Below are positions 48,298 to 59,299 of a DNA stretch of 64,000 nt, piece by piece (positions within the stretch are counted from its first letter, which is position 1; each line of letters starts with the position of its first letter). The notes below the pieces were generated by a model. That model saw only the letters and a program-made list of their open reading frames with translations. It had not been told where the DNA came from and did no database searches. The DNA is from Candidatus Omnitrophota bacterium. Its GTDB lineage: Bacteria > Omnitrophota > Gorgyraeia > Zapsychrales > Zapsychraceae. The position numbers were made by a program, and so were the translations under genes. The DNA lies in assembly GCA_029261065.1 (NCBI GenBank), contig JAJDCB010000026.1, positions 166,320 through 230,319 on the forward strand, given 5' to 3'.

Positions 48298-51200
48298 ATG
48301 ATTGATTTTTTATTACGCAAAACAGCCATCAACAGCACCCGACGCATGATCGAGAAACTGGATCCTCCAGTCGAGATTCATATGCATGATGAATTGACGC
48401 TCACCTCTGTGCAACTATTAAAGAAGATGGCCCCCATCGTTTCAAAAATCAAATCCTTCGAAGATACAATCAGTAATCTTTCCGACAGCGAACTTCAAGC
48501 AAAAACACAAGAATACAAAAAAAATTATACAGAAGGCATGAAAGATGTCCTTAAAGAATACGATGAGATGTTTGAACAATATCGACAAGCAAAGGCTGCG
48601 GATGTTAAAGAAGATTTAAGTTTAAAGTTAGATGCTAAACAAGAAGCTATCAAGAAGCAAAAAAAGAAAATTTTAGATGGTATCCTTCCTGAAGCTTTTG
48701 CTGTTGTACGGGAAACGGGGAAGCGCGTGTTAATTATGCGACATTTTGATGTGCAGATGATTGGTGGAATGGTTTTACACGGCGGTGATATTGCAGAGAT
48801 GACAACCGGAGAAGGTAAAACGTTAGTGGCTACGTTACCCGCGTATCTTAATGCGTTAACAGGAGAGGGTGTTCATGTCGTCACTGTTAACGATTATCTT
48901 GCCAAGCGTGACAGTGAATGGATGGGCCCGCTTTATCAGTTTTTAGGATTAACAGTTGGCGTGATCCAACATGATATGGCTCCTGAACATCGACAACAAG
49001 CGTATGGTTGCGATATTACCTATGGAACAAACAACGAATTTGGTTTTGATTATTTACGAGACAACATGGTTAATTATAAAGAAGATATGGCTCAGCGTGT
49101 TCATCATTTTTGTATTGTTGATGAGGTTGATAGTATTCTTATCGATGAGGCCCGCACTCCATTAATTATTTCAGGACCTTCTGAACAATCTACGGATAAA
49201 TATTTTGATGCTCACAAGGTCTCTCAAACGTTAAAGGGTCGACGAGTAACGGAAAAAGATGAAATTGATGCTAAACATCGCGAAGAAGATTTAACCATTG
49301 GGTTTGATTACATGGCTGATGAAAAAGCCAAATCTATCTCTCTAACAGAACAAGGAGAAGAGACGGCGGCCAAAGCTTTTGGCGTGGATAATCTTCACGA
49401 AATGGAAACGGTTGAATATCGTCATCACATTTTACAATCGCTTAAGGCTAAAGAGTTTTTTAACAGAGATGTTGATTACGTTGTCAAAGATGGTCAGGTT
49501 ATTATTGTTGATGAATTTACCGGGCGCCTCATGCCAGGTCGTCGATGGTCTGATGGTTTACACCAAGCTGTTGAAGCAGCCGAAGGGATTAAGATTGAAC
49601 GTGAAAACCAAACACTTGCCACAATCACCTTTCAAAATTATTTTCGTTTATATGAAAAACTTTCTGGTATGACGGGTACTGCTGACACAGAGGCCTCGGA
49701 GTTTAAACAAATTTATGATCTAGAAGTTGTTGTTGTGCCCACCAATCGACCCATTCAACGACAAAATCATGCTGACAGTATTTATCGTAGTTTAAATGAA
49801 AAATACAATGCTGTTGTCGATGAGATTGAAGAGTTTAATAAAAGAGGGCAGCCTGTTTTAGTTGGTACCATTTCTATTGAAAAGTCAGAGATGTTAGCCA
49901 GGATGCTTAAAGCGAAAGGCGTCCCGCATCAGGTTTTAAATGCTAAGTTTCATGAGATGGAGGCCAATATTATTGCTCAAGCTGGACGCTATAAAGGTGT
50001 TACGATTGCAACCAACATGGCTGGACGAGGAACAGATATTAATTTAGGCGGAAACGCAGAACAGCTTGCTCTGCAACTTGTCAGTGAAAAGGCCAAAGAT
50101 GTTGAAGATGAAGATGAGAAGAATGCTTTAACAAAGAAGTTTCTTGAAGAATTTCGTACAACAGTTAAAGAAGAACATAAAAAAGTTATTGAACTTGGGG
50201 GCTTGCATGTTTTAGGAACAGAACGTCACGAATCTCGACGAATAGATAATCAGTTGCGTGGTCGTCAAGGTCGTCAGGGCGACCCTGGTTCGTCTCGATT
50301 TTTTGTATCTATGGAAGATGACTTGATGCGTATTTTTGGTTCGGATCGGATTATGGGTATTATGGATAAGTTAGGGTTAGAGGAAGGTCAAGCGATTGAA
50401 CATCCTTGGTTAAGCAAAGCCTTAGAAAATGCACAGAAGAGAGTTGAGGGACATAACTTCGAAATTAGAAAACATTTGATCGAATACGACAATGTTATGA
50501 ATCGTCAGCGAGAAGTTATTTATAGCCAACGTCGCAATGTGCTAGATAGTGAAGATATTAAAGATCTTATTATGGAAGCGATTGAAGATGTCGCTGATCA
50601 GATGGTTGGTCAGTATATGGTCACAGATAAGGAAGAAATTTCGTGGGATGTGCAAGCGCTTGATTTGTATTTATCTGCAACTTTTAATTTTTCCTTGGGC
50701 GCTAAAAAGGATGGCATTAATAAAAAGACTCAAGATGAAGTGCGAGAATTGATAGAAAATGGTATGAAGGCTGCCTATGACGTTAAGGAACAAGAAGTGG
50801 GAAGCGACCAAATGCGATACATTGAAAGAATGTTATTCTTGCACACGATCGATACCAAATGGAAAGATCATTTGTATGCCATGGATCAATTAAAGGAAGG
50901 TGTTGGTTTACGTTCCTTTGCTCAGCGCGATCCTGTTATTGAATATAAAAAAGAAGGTTTCGAGATGTTTCAGATGATGTATGAATCCATTAATCGAGAC
51001 GCTGTGGAGACACTTTTTAAGATGCAAGCGCGTCGATCTGACGATGATCCTTCTGGTCAACCAAAAGAGCGTAAACGTCCCAAAGGTGTCTTTAGTTCTT
51101 TGCCTCAAAAATATATTCATGATGACGCTTCAGGTCTTTCTGGCGCAGAACAAGCTGGCATGCTAGGCCCGGGACCGGCATCGCAACAATCTTCAAATCC

Positions 51201-51300
51201 AAAACAACCCCCCGTTGTCAAAAGCGGTCCTAAAGTAGGCCGCAATGATCCATGTCCTTGTGGAAGTGGGAAGAAGCATAAAAAATGCTGTGGTGCGTAA
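48298..51300 (+). CDS. secA: Preprotein translocase ATPase SecA
   Basis: 1000 aa. DEAD-like motor motifs. C-terminal zinc-binding tail [14 protein letters not shown]. Confidence 0.95.
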   Translation: MIDFLLRKTAINSTRRMIEKLDPPVEIHMHDELTLTSVQLLKKMAPIVSKIKSFEDTISNLSDSELQAKTQEYKKNYTEGMKDVLKEYDEMFEQYRQAKAADVKEDLSLKLDAKQEAIKKQKKKILDGILPEAFAVVRETGKRVLIMRHFDVQMIGGMVLHGGDIAEMTTGEGKTLVATLPAYLNALTGEGVHVVTVNDYLAKRDSEWMGPLYQFLGLTVGVIQHDMAPEHRQQAYGCDITYGTNNEFGFDYLRDNMVNYKEDMAQRVHHFCIVDEVDSILIDEARTPLIISGPSEQSTDKYFDAHKVSQTLKGRRVTEKDEIDAKHREEDLTIGFDYMADEKAKSISLTEQGEETAAKAFGVDNLHEMETVEYRHHILQSLKAKEFFNRDVDYVVKDGQVIIVDEFTGRLMPGRRWSDGLHQAVEAAEGIKIERENQTLATITFQNYFRLYEKLSGMTGTADTEASEFKQIYDLEVVVVPTNRPIQRQNHADSIYRSLNEKYNAVVDEIEEFNKRGQPVLVGTISIEKSEMLARMLKAKGVPHQVLNAKFHEMEANIIAQAGRYKGVTIATNMAGRGTDINLGGNAEQLALQLVSEKAKDVEDEDEKNALTKKFLEEFRTTVKEEHKKVIELGGLHVLGTERHESRRIDNQLRGRQGRQGDPGSSRFFVSMEDDLMRIFGSDRIMGIMDKLGLEEGQAIEHPWLSKALENAQKRVEGHNFEIRKHLIEYDNVMNRQREVIYSQRRNVLDSEDIKDLIMEAIEDVADQMVGQYMVTDKEEISWDVQALDLYLSATFNFSLGAKKDGINKKTQDEVRELIENGMKAAYDVKEQEVGSDQMRYIERMLFLHTIDTKWKDHLYAMDQLKEGVGLRSFAQRDPVIEYKKEGFEMFQMMYESINRDAVETLFKMQARRSDDDPSGQPKERKRPKGVFSSLPQKYIHDDASGLSGAEQAGMLGPGPASQQSSNPKQPPVVKSGPKVGRNDPCPCGSGKKHKKCCGA

Positions 51301-51381
51301 GCTTTGCTCAATACATGTGATATGTGTGTTGGTCCACTAAGCAACGACTTCTACATATTCTAAGATGATATCTAAATTTAA

Positions 51382-51496
51382 TGGTGTCAGAAGACGCTAA
51401 GTTATTAGAGAGTAATGGGCTGCAATTAAAAAAGGTTTGTTTATTTGCAACTTATTTATTTGCTTTAGTTTGCCGTCTTCTGACACCATTTTTTTT
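51382..51496 (+). terminator. Long-loop hairpin plus T8 downstream of secA (terminator or small structured RNA)
   Basis: TGGTGTCAGAAGACGC ... GCCGTCTTCTGACACCA (16-bp arms, ~70-nt AT-rich loop) followed by TTTTTTTT. Confidence 0.4.
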
Positions 51497-51588
51497 GAAA
51501 TGCTCTCACTTTGACTTAACCCTTTTCTTTTGATATTATTATTAATATATAATATTTATTATATTTATTAAAGACGGACTCCATCATA

Positions 51589-53166
51589 TTGATTATGCGA
51601 ATAGAAAAGAAAGTCACTAGAGCGTTTTTTTTGATTCTTGTACTCATTGTCTTCTGTCTGGGCTTGACTCATACAACAAAGGCAAATGAGTATGATTTGG
51701 AAAATAACTCTTCAGAAGAACTCACAGCTAAAGCCTGGGCCGCTCTCAAAGAAAGAGACGTTGAAGCTGTGTTAGTTTATACAAATGAATGTATAAATTT
51801 GTATGCCGGTCGTGCTAAGAGAATGCAGGCTGAGTTAGAAAGTTATCCAACGGGTTCTAATGATGACGTTCATCAATATTGGGCTATCAACGATGTAGCC
51901 ACTTCATTATACATTCAGGCGGAGGCTTTTCGTGAAGTGAACATGATGGAGGAAGCCACAGAAGTCTACATTAAAATAATAAACGATTATAGTTTTGGCC
52001 AGACATGGGATCCAAGGGGCTGGTTTTGGAAGCCGGCTGAAGCCGCACAGGATAGGTTAGACGTTATTGAGTCGGGTAAGAATATAGATTTTGGGAATTA
52101 TTCTTCGGAGTTCTTGACGACGCAAGCATGGAATGCCTTAAATACTGGCGATCTTGACTCGGTCGATGACTACGCAGATAAGGTGATTAGCTTATATGCT
52201 GAGAAAGCTAAGGAGATGCAAAATTTTTTGGAAGACTATCCTTTGGGGTCAAATGAGGACATTCATCTTTTTTCAGCGCTCAATGATGTCGGAACTGTTT
52301 ATTTTATTAAAGCGCAAGCGCAAGAGAAAAAAGATGATAAAGATGGGGCTATCTATTATTATAAAAAAATAATTAACAGTTATTCTTACTCCCAGTGTTG
52401 GAATCCAGAAGGCTGGTTTTGGAAGCCGGCTGAAGGCGCGAAGGACAGAATACATATTATTAGGTCGGGTAAGAATATAGATTTCGGGAATTATTCTTCG
52501 GAATTTTTGACAACGCAAGCATGGAAGGCTTTAAATGCTGGAGACTTTGAGTCGGTCAATGACTATGCAGATAAGGTGATTAGTTTATATGCCGATAAAG
52601 CCAAAGAAATGCAAGACGCATTGAGCGGGTATCCCTGGGAGTCAAATGCAATTATTCATTCCCACTGGGCGTTGAATGATGTAGGCACCGTTTATTTTAT
52701 AAAGGGAGAAGCGGAAAGGAAGGCGGGCAACAATAAAAGAGCTATTAACTATTATGAAAAGGTTGTTAGTAATTTTTATTTCTCACAGTGCTGGGATCCA
52801 GAAGATTGGTTTTGGAAGCCGGCTGATGCAGCTCAACAGGCTTTAGATGAACTAGAAGATGAAGCGCAGAAGGCTAAAAAATACGCTCATATGAAAAGTT
52901 CAAAAAGAATCGGTGCTGATACGAAAAATATTACGGATAATAAGTTAGGCGTTGAAGGTGGTTTAGTCGTTTCTAATATGACTTATGGGAGTAAAAGTCC
53001 AATGATTGGAAGTATAGAGAATAGTGAAGTCATTTTTAACAATCAGAGTGAAAGTGAAGATGAAAATAAAGACAGTGTATGGGGAAAACTTTGGTGGAAA
53101 GTTATCATTCCAATATCAATATCGGTGATAGCAGCGGCATTAATTTTAAAATTCGTAAAGAAATAA
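51589..53166 (+). CDS. Secreted, C-terminally membrane-anchored protein made of three GWFWKPAEAA repeats
   Basis: Signal peptide. Three ~135-aa repeats each ending Q.WDP.GWFWKPAE[AG]A. Ser/Asn-rich linker. C-terminal TM helix (VIIPISISVIAAALIL). Confidence 0.5.
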   Translation: MIMRIEKKVTRAFFLILVLIVFCLGLTHTTKANEYDLENNSSEELTAKAWAALKERDVEAVLVYTNECINLYAGRAKRMQAELESYPTGSNDDVHQYWAINDVATSLYIQAEAFREVNMMEEATEVYIKIINDYSFGQTWDPRGWFWKPAEAAQDRLDVIESGKNIDFGNYSSEFLTTQAWNALNTGDLDSVDDYADKVISLYAEKAKEMQNFLEDYPLGSNEDIHLFSALNDVGTVYFIKAQAQEKKDDKDGAIYYYKKIINSYSYSQCWNPEGWFWKPAEGAKDRIHIIRSGKNIDFGNYSSEFLTTQAWKALNAGDFESVNDYADKVISLYADKAKEMQDALSGYPWESNAIIHSHWALNDVGTVYFIKGEAERKAGNNKRAINYYEKVVSNFYFSQCWDPEDWFWKPADAAQQALDELEDEAQKAKKYAHMKSSKRIGADTKNITDNKLGVEGGLVVSNMTYGSKSPMIGSIENSEVIFNNQSESEDENKDSVWGKLWWKVIIPISISVIAAALILKFVKK

Positions 53167-53240
53167 AGAAGGTAAGAGTAAGAGTTTAATGCAGTCACAT
53201 GCGGGGCTGGGATGACAATGTTGTTACGAAATACTAGTAC

Positions 53241-54758
53241 ATGCAATCAAAACTAAAAAATATCGCGTTTTGCGCATTAAGCGCCATTTTTCTTCTCTTA
53301 GCATTCCCCAAAACGAATTTCTTTCTTTTTGCTTGGGTCGGACTTGTTCCGTTGATGATTCTATTAGAGAGTAAAACGGGTAAGAAAGCATTTGGTTGGG
53401 CTTATTTGACTGGAGTTATCTTTTTTTCTTCTCTCCTTTATTGGTTTGTCTATGTTGATCCTATGATAGCCTTTTTGGGTTTGCCATGTATGATTTTGTA
53501 TTTAGCATTGTATTATGGTGCGTTTGGTTTTTTTTATAGTTTTGTCAATAAAGCTCAAACTCCTTTGAAATATGTGGCGATTCCTAGTGCGTGGGTTGCT
53601 TTGGAATTTATTCGTGCTCATTTTTTAACAGGATTTGATTGGGGAAGTTTGGGTTATTCGCAATTTAAGGCGTTGTCCTTGATTCAAATTGCAGATGTGA
53701 CAGGCGTATCGGGTATTTCTTTTTGTATTGTGTTTGTAAATTACGCGATTAAAGAATGGATTGTTTATAAAAAGAAATCCGTTTTGATAGCCGCTGGTTT
53801 GTTGATGAGTGTCGTTTTGGTTTACGGCGTTTTTGCCATAGTCTCGAGGGATAAATCAGATGAAATATCTGTTGCCGTCATACAGGCTAATATTGATCAA
53901 GATGATAAATGGAATGAGTCGCAATGGCCAATTATTTTTTCAAAGTATGTGGCGTTAACGCAAAAGGCAGTTAACGATCAACCGGACTTGATTATATGGC
54001 CGGAAACATCTTATCCAGGGTTTTTATGGGAAGATACAAAATATTACACGCAAATTAGGAAAATTGTTGATGAGAATAAGATTCCCATTTTGTTTGGTTC
54101 TGTAACCATCTTTAGTCAAAAGTATTATAATTCTGCACTTCTGCTACAACCGTCAAAACCTATCCCGCAAATTTACAGCAAACGTCATCTTGTTCCTTTT
54201 GGTGAATATATTCCGTTTCGTTCTTTGATTCCTGCTTTGTCTCGGTGGATTCCTATTGAAGATTTTAATGTTGGTAAAGAGTTAAAAGTTTTTAATTTAC
54301 AGGGTGAGGGGTTGGAGAAGAAGAAAAACCTTAAGTTTTCTGTTTTAATCTGTTTTGAAGATTCTATTGCACGTTTAGTCAGACAGTTTGTCCAAAAAGG
54401 GGCCCCGCTGTTGATCAATATGACGAATGATGCGTGGTTTAAAGATTCACGCGCCCTTTATATGCATTTATCAGCATCAGTGTTAAGAGCTGTGGAAAAT
54501 AGACGATCCATTATTAGGGCCGCTAATACCGGAGTGAGTTGTTTTATTAACTCTAGGGGAGTAGTCAAAAATTGTGTGGAAGATGCCGAAGGTAATCAGA
54601 CCAACGTTGATGGTTATGTCATGGGAACGGTTGCCTTTCAGGAAAAAATATCCTTTTTCACAAAATTCGGAGAAGTTTTTACATATTTGTGTTTTGGATG
54701 TATACTAATGACGTCTTTTTTTATATTAAAAAATAAGGAGAATTTAGATAATGTCTAA
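53241..54758 (+). CDS. lnt: Apolipoprotein N-acyltransferase
   Basis: N-terminal polytopic membrane domain. C-terminal CN-hydrolase domain with the catalytic Cys in VLICFED. Confidence 0.85.
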   Translation: MQSKLKNIAFCALSAIFLLLAFPKTNFFLFAWVGLVPLMILLESKTGKKAFGWAYLTGVIFFSSLLYWFVYVDPMIAFLGLPCMILYLALYYGAFGFFYSFVNKAQTPLKYVAIPSAWVALEFIRAHFLTGFDWGSLGYSQFKALSLIQIADVTGVSGISFCIVFVNYAIKEWIVYKKKSVLIAAGLLMSVVLVYGVFAIVSRDKSDEISVAVIQANIDQDDKWNESQWPIIFSKYVALTQKAVNDQPDLIIWPETSYPGFLWEDTKYYTQIRKIVDENKIPILFGSVTIFSQKYYNSALLLQPSKPIPQIYSKRHLVPFGEYIPFRSLIPALSRWIPIEDFNVGKELKVFNLQGEGLEKKKNLKFSVLICFEDSIARLVRQFVQKGAPLLINMTNDAWFKDSRALYMHLSASVLRAVENRRSIIRAANTGVSCFINSRGVVKNCVEDAEGNQTNVDGYVMGTVAFQEKISFFTKFGEVFTYLCFGCILMTSFFILKNKENLDNV

Positions 54759-54978
54759 GAATAGTAGTATTATTAAGTTAATTATACTTGGTGTTTTTAT
54801 GATTATTTGTATTCGCGTGTTGCTTTTTACTGTCCCTGTATTAATTAATGAGTATATAGCTACAGAAAATACAACAGGTGATGGATTTATCATGGTGTTA
54901 ACGATTGCATCAGCTGTTGGTGTGTGTTTAGGTTTGTTATTAATTAAAAGTAAACCATCTTTATCAAAAGCGAAATAA
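54751..54978 (+). CDS. Small two-TM membrane protein
   Basis: 75-aa hydrophobic ORF. Overlaps the lnt stop by 8 nt. Confidence 0.25.
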   Translation: MSKNSSIIKLIILGVFMIICIRVLLFTVPVLINEYIATENTTGDGFIMVLTIASAVGVCLGLLLIKSKPSLSKAK

Positions 54979-54981
54979 TCA

Positions 54982-56124
54982 ATGAACTGGAGACAATCAG
55001 AAATTAAAATTATTGGTTATGTGTTAGCCCTTCTCTATGCCATTTCCTTTTTGGCATATTATAATTTTTATCAATTTGTTACACTTAATGCTCCAGACGT
55101 TCAGGCGATGAAGTTGGTGTCCCTTTCGGTGATAGCTACATTCTTCGCTATTCTTTTTGTAGGTTCCATAGCTGTTGCTCAATTAAAAGAATGGGGGCGC
55201 ATTGTTATTGTATCTGCCAATCTTATGATGGGCATTTATTTGGCTATTCCGTATATAAATCCTGCGGACATCCTTCCGTTAAGTTACATCATCATGAATG
55301 TTGTTATATTTCTTTATTTTATTCAAGATAAAGTGAAGTCTCGTTTTAATATGATCATCGACGGCAAATGGCGTAGCATATTAGTCATCGATGACGATGA
55401 AACATTGCTTAAAACTATTCGCCCCATTCTTATCTCCAAAGGTTACTCGGTCTTAACAGCCATGACAGGAGAAGATGGTTTGCAAGCTGCTAAAAAACAT
55501 AAACCGGATTTAATCATTTTAGATGTTATTCTTCCAGGCATAAAGGGAAGAGATGTGTGTCGTAAAATAAAAGAAGATAAAACAACGACACATATTCCGG
55601 TTGTATTTTTGACATCGAAAAGTTCTGAATCTGATATTGAAGCAGAACTAGATGCTGGTGCGATAACACATTTGACGAAACCTGTTAATGCGACCATTTT
55701 AAGTTCTACAGTAAGAAATATTTTAGATGCAGAGTCAAAAGATCGTCCGGAATGGCGAAGTATATTAGTTATTGATGACGATCTAACGTATCTAACGACA
55801 TTGCGTCAATCATTGTTATCACATGGTTACTCGGTTTTAACAGCGAGTTCAGGAGAGGAAGGCCTTGCAATTGCTAAGAAACAAAAACCCGAACTCATTT
55901 TGTTGGATGTTATTATGCCAGGCCTTAAGGGTCGAGAAGTTTGCGAAAAACTTAAAGAAGGATCTGAGACTGTAGATATCCCAGTCGTTTTTTTAACAGC
56001 TAAAAATTCTCCAGATGATATTAAGGCAGAGTTAGAAGTTGGGGCAGTGACACATTTGACAAAGCCAGTCGATACCAAAGAGTTAATTTCGACAATCAGT
56101 AATATATTACATTTACAAAGTTAA
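54982..56124 (+). CDS. Membrane-anchored tandem receiver (REC-REC) protein with no output domain
   Basis: ~110-aa N-terminal region with 3-4 TM helices. Two ~125-aa CheY-like receiver domains (phospho-acceptor LIILDV and LILLDV; TKP motifs) share ~60% identity with each other. Confidence 0.65.
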   Translation: MNWRQSEIKIIGYVLALLYAISFLAYYNFYQFVTLNAPDVQAMKLVSLSVIATFFAILFVGSIAVAQLKEWGRIVIVSANLMMGIYLAIPYINPADILPLSYIIMNVVIFLYFIQDKVKSRFNMIIDGKWRSILVIDDDETLLKTIRPILISKGYSVLTAMTGEDGLQAAKKHKPDLIILDVILPGIKGRDVCRKIKEDKTTTHIPVVFLTSKSSESDIEAELDAGAITHLTKPVNATILSSTVRNILDAESKDRPEWRSILVIDDDLTYLTTLRQSLLSHGYSVLTASSGEEGLAIAKKQKPELILLDVIMPGLKGREVCEKLKEGSETVDIPVVFLTAKNSPDDIKAELEVGAVTHLTKPVDTKELISTISNILHLQS

Positions 56125-56162
56125 CGATGCCCGCCATCAGTGTATCTTATAAGATTTGATCC

Positions 56163-57086
56163 ATGAAATTTCAAGAGCGCGTTAAACGATTTAAAAGAGC
56201 TTTCGCTCGTTATTGCCTTTATTTTACATCTTGGATGTTTAAAAGAATGCCGTACTCTTTTGTTAAGGGGATGGCAAATTTTTTTGTTACGATTGGTTAT
56301 ACGTTAACTATTCGTCAGAAAAAAATAGCTTACGACAGTTTACAGATTGCTTTTGGAGATGAAAAGAGCGATCAGGAAATTCGATCTATTGTAAAAAAAT
56401 GTTTTGCGAATTTAGGGCGCGGGATGATTGAGTTGGTTTATTTGATGGATCATCCATCCCTTATAAAAGAAAATGTTGTCATAGAAGGTATGGAGCATTT
56501 AGAGCAGGCGTTTAAGAAGGGAAAGGGAGTTGTTGCTGTAAGTGCTCATTTTGGAAGCTTTCCGTTAATGTTGCTAAAGTTCGCGCAAGAAGGATATAAA
56601 ACCAACGCCATCATTCGTCCCACACGAGATGAGACTATTGAGAAATACTTTTTTAAACTGCGTTCGCGTCTAGGTTTAAACACAGTTTATAGTCATCCAC
56701 GCAAAAAATGTGTCGATACCTCGATTCGCGTTTTACGTAATAATGAACTGCTCTTTATTCCTCTTGATCAAAACTTTGGAAGTGGGGGCGGTGTTTTTGT
56801 TGATTTCTTTGGTCAAAAAGCAGCCACAGCAACAGGTCCTGTTGTTTTCTCAAAGCGAACGGGTGCACCGGTGATTCCAATGTTTATTGTTCGGCTAGAT
56901 AATAATACTCATAAAGTTATCATTGAACCTGAAATACCTTTGGAGTCACATGAAGATGAAAAGGAAATGATTCAAATTAATACAGCCAAGATTACAAAGT
57001 TGATAGAGCGTTATGTGCGGAAGTATCCGGAAGAGTGGGGTTGGATGCATCGGAGATGGAAGAGTAAGCCGCCTGGGGAAGAGTGA
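56163..57086 (+). CDS. LpxL/LpxM-family lipid A (Kdo2-lipid IVA) late acyltransferase
   Basis: N-terminal membrane anchor. Lysophospholipid-acyltransferase-like HX4D region (AVSAHFGSF). 307 aa. Confidence 0.65.
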   Translation: MKFQERVKRFKRAFARYCLYFTSWMFKRMPYSFVKGMANFFVTIGYTLTIRQKKIAYDSLQIAFGDEKSDQEIRSIVKKCFANLGRGMIELVYLMDHPSLIKENVVIEGMEHLEQAFKKGKGVVAVSAHFGSFPLMLLKFAQEGYKTNAIIRPTRDETIEKYFFKLRSRLGLNTVYSHPRKKCVDTSIRVLRNNELLFIPLDQNFGSGGGVFVDFFGQKAATATGPVVFSKRTGAPVIPMFIVRLDNNTHKVIIEPEIPLESHEDEKEMIQINTAKITKLIERYVRKYPEEWGWMHRRWKSKPPGEE

Positions 57087-57121
57087 TAATTTTTAGCGGT
57101 AGAATAACTAAGGTACAAGAT

Positions 57122-57140
57122 ATCCCGCCTTTTGCGGGAC
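57122..57140. repeat. REP-like hairpin (diverged copy)
   Basis: ATCCCGCC-TTTT-GCGGGAC. Confidence 0.4.
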
Positions 57141-57257
57141 CGCGGCAAGTTACAAAAAAGAAACAATAACCAATGACTAAAACACCAAACGTTAGGTTTC
57201 TAAGTAGTTGATTTTTAATCGTTTTTGTAGTTTTTACCTTTTATTGGAGAAGTCAAA

Positions 57258-57443
57258 ATGTCTCAAAATTCCGAATCCAGTTACAAAAAATTTTTGTCTG
57301 TCCTCATCGGTATTTTTCTTCTTGTCCTAGGCATCACCTTATGTTTGGTCTGGTGGAAAGATATGATAGCTTTAGTCCGAGGAGCTTCAGGTATTGTTTT
57401 GGCAGTGGCAGGGTTGTTGGTTTTGTATACACTTAGTAAATAA
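57258..57443 (+). CDS. Small membrane protein (61 aa)
   Basis: Two hydrophobic helices. RBS-like GGAGAAG upstream. Confidence 0.25.
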   Translation: MSQNSESSYKKFLSVLIGIFLLVLGITLCLVWWKDMIALVRGASGIVLAVAGLLVLYTLSK

Positions 57444-57552
57444 TTGGATTAAGTTAGAATTTATTGTTTAATACACCAAAAGAATTATCAATGGTTAAAA
57501 AAGTTAAGCGTTTGGTCATTTTATTATTGGGTATTGGTTATTTTTTGCCTTG

Positions 57553-57572
57553 GTCCCGCCAGAGGCGGGATA
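57553..57572. repeat. REP-like hairpin (diverged copy)
   Basis: GTCCCGCC-AGAG-GCGGGATA. Confidence 0.4.
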
Positions 57573-57629
57573 TCTTGTCTCTTGTACCTTGGTTATTCTT
57601 GCGTCAATAAATACCTTTAAAGGACAATC

Positions 57630-58619
57630 ATGTACTGGCTCGAATTCATCATTAGCGCAATTGTCATCATCATAGCAGGTGTTGTCTTGACTAAGAACGC
57701 AGATTTATTAAGCGAGCGATTGCAGTTAGGTAAGGCGTGGATTGGCATTGTTTTGTTGGGGTTTGTTACTTCTTTGCCCGAGGCGATTGCGAGTTTGGTT
57801 TCTATTGTTTCGTTACAAACATATGATTTAGCCATTGGAAACTTAGTAGGAAGTAATAATTTTAATCCAATGATGCTGGTCATGATGGACATGATTTATC
57901 GAGAAGGTGCCGTTACCAATGCGATTAAACCCCATCGTTCTCATTTTGCATCAGCTTCGTTTGCTATCATCTTAACACTTGTTGTGATCACAGAGATATT
58001 TGTAGCTTTGCCTGCATGGGGACCATTGAGTGTTGGTAGTATTTTAATTGTTGCTATTTATTTTGGTGGCATGTGGCGGTTATCCAAGCTTAATGCGGAT
58101 GATCCAGAGTTAAGTCAAGAAGCGTTAGTTCCTGTTGATAAAAGTATTTCGTTAAAACGGATTTGGGTTAGTCTTACGATTAGTTCTATTGTTGTTATTT
58201 TGGGAGCGATGGTCTTGGCGCGTTCGGCAGATACTATTGCAGAGCAATCCGGTTTAGGGGCTACGTTTGTCGGTAGCTTTTTATTAGCTTGTGTGACTTC
58301 TTTACCTGAGATGGTGGTAACGGTCTCGGCGGTAAGATTGGGTTCGCTTGATTTGGCTATTGGTAATGTGTTTGGGAGTAACATGACCAATGTTTTTATT
58401 CTGTTCTTTAGTAGTTTGTTTTATACAGAACAACCGATATTGCGTGTGGTCTCATCAACGCATGCCTTAACTGCTTTTTTTAGTATTATTTTTACCATTA
58501 TTGTTTTAGGCGGTATCAAGATTAAAAATAAAAAGACGTTCGCCCGATTAGGCATAGATTCTTGGATGCTTATTGTTTTATTTTTAGGGGCAACGTATGT
58601 TTTATATCAGTTGCGTTAA
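57630..58619 (+). CDS. CaCA-family cation/Ca2+ antiporter (YrbG-like)
   Basis: Two alpha-repeat signature motifs, GNLVGSNNFN and GNVFGSNMTN. ~10 TM helices. Confidence 0.7.
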   Translation: MYWLEFIISAIVIIIAGVVLTKNADLLSERLQLGKAWIGIVLLGFVTSLPEAIASLVSIVSLQTYDLAIGNLVGSNNFNPMMLVMMDMIYREGAVTNAIKPHRSHFASASFAIILTLVVITEIFVALPAWGPLSVGSILIVAIYFGGMWRLSKLNADDPELSQEALVPVDKSISLKRIWVSLTISSIVVILGAMVLARSADTIAEQSGLGATFVGSFLLACVTSLPEMVVTVSAVRLGSLDLAIGNVFGSNMTNVFILFFSSLFYTEQPILRVVSSTHALTAFFSIIFTIIVLGGIKIKNKKTFARLGIDSWMLIVLFLGATYVLYQLR

Positions 58620-58657
58620 ACTTATGTATCGAGGGCTTTTTATATAGGAGACTATAG

Positions 58658-59281
58658 ATGAAACAAATTACAGAAGCTATGAATCGAATTCGAAAATATT
58701 TTTTATCAGGATTGGTCGTCTTTTTGCCGATCACCTTGACGATTTTTTTATTTATTTGGGCGGTTACTGTATCCGACGGTGTGTTAGGAAAGTACCTTCA
58801 ACCTGTATTTGAGAAGAGGTTTGATTTTTATGTTCCGGGTATAAGTATTATTGTTACGGTTATAATAATTATTATTGTTGGTTTTCTTGTGACGAATTTT
58901 TTGGGACAGAGAATCTATTCTTATTTCGAGAATTTGGTTATCAAGTTTCCATTTTTTCGTCAAGTGTACCCTGCCCTTAAAGAGATGGCGTTGTTTCTTT
59001 TTTCTCGAGATCGTTTATCAAAATTTAAACAGGTTGTCCTTATTGAATATCCTCGCAAAGGTATTTTCGCCATTGGATTTTTGACGAATGAATCGTCGCA
59101 ACTTTTAAAAGATAAGGTGAAGAAAGATATTATCAATGTCTTTATTCCAAGTGCTCCGGGACCGTTAACAGGATTTGTGATATTGGTGCCACGTAATGAG
59201 GTTATTTTTACGGATATGACGATTGAGGAAGCTTTTAAATTTATTCTTTCAGGGGGCGTTGTTAATCCGTTGCATGTTTAA
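58658..59281 (+). CDS. DUF502-family membrane protein
   Basis: N-terminus ...RKYFLSGLVVFLPITLTIFL and the overall pattern are typical of DUF502. Confidence 0.45.
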   Translation: MKQITEAMNRIRKYFLSGLVVFLPITLTIFLFIWAVTVSDGVLGKYLQPVFEKRFDFYVPGISIIVTVIIIIIVGFLVTNFLGQRIYSYFENLVIKFPFFRQVYPALKEMALFLFSRDRLSKFKQVVLIEYPRKGIFAIGFLTNESSQLLKDKVKKDIINVFIPSAPGPLTGFVILVPRNEVIFTDMTIEEAFKFILSGGVVNPLHV

Positions 59282-59299
59282 AGAGTAACCAATGGCTTT

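Noticed and set aside
57483-57599. 38-codon hydrophobic mini-ORF (MVKKVKRLVILLLGIGYFLPW…) overlapping a REP-like hairpin upstream of the CaCA antiporter gene
   Set aside because: No RBS. Half of it is the GC hairpin repeat. More likely non-coding leader or repeat sequence than a real small protein.
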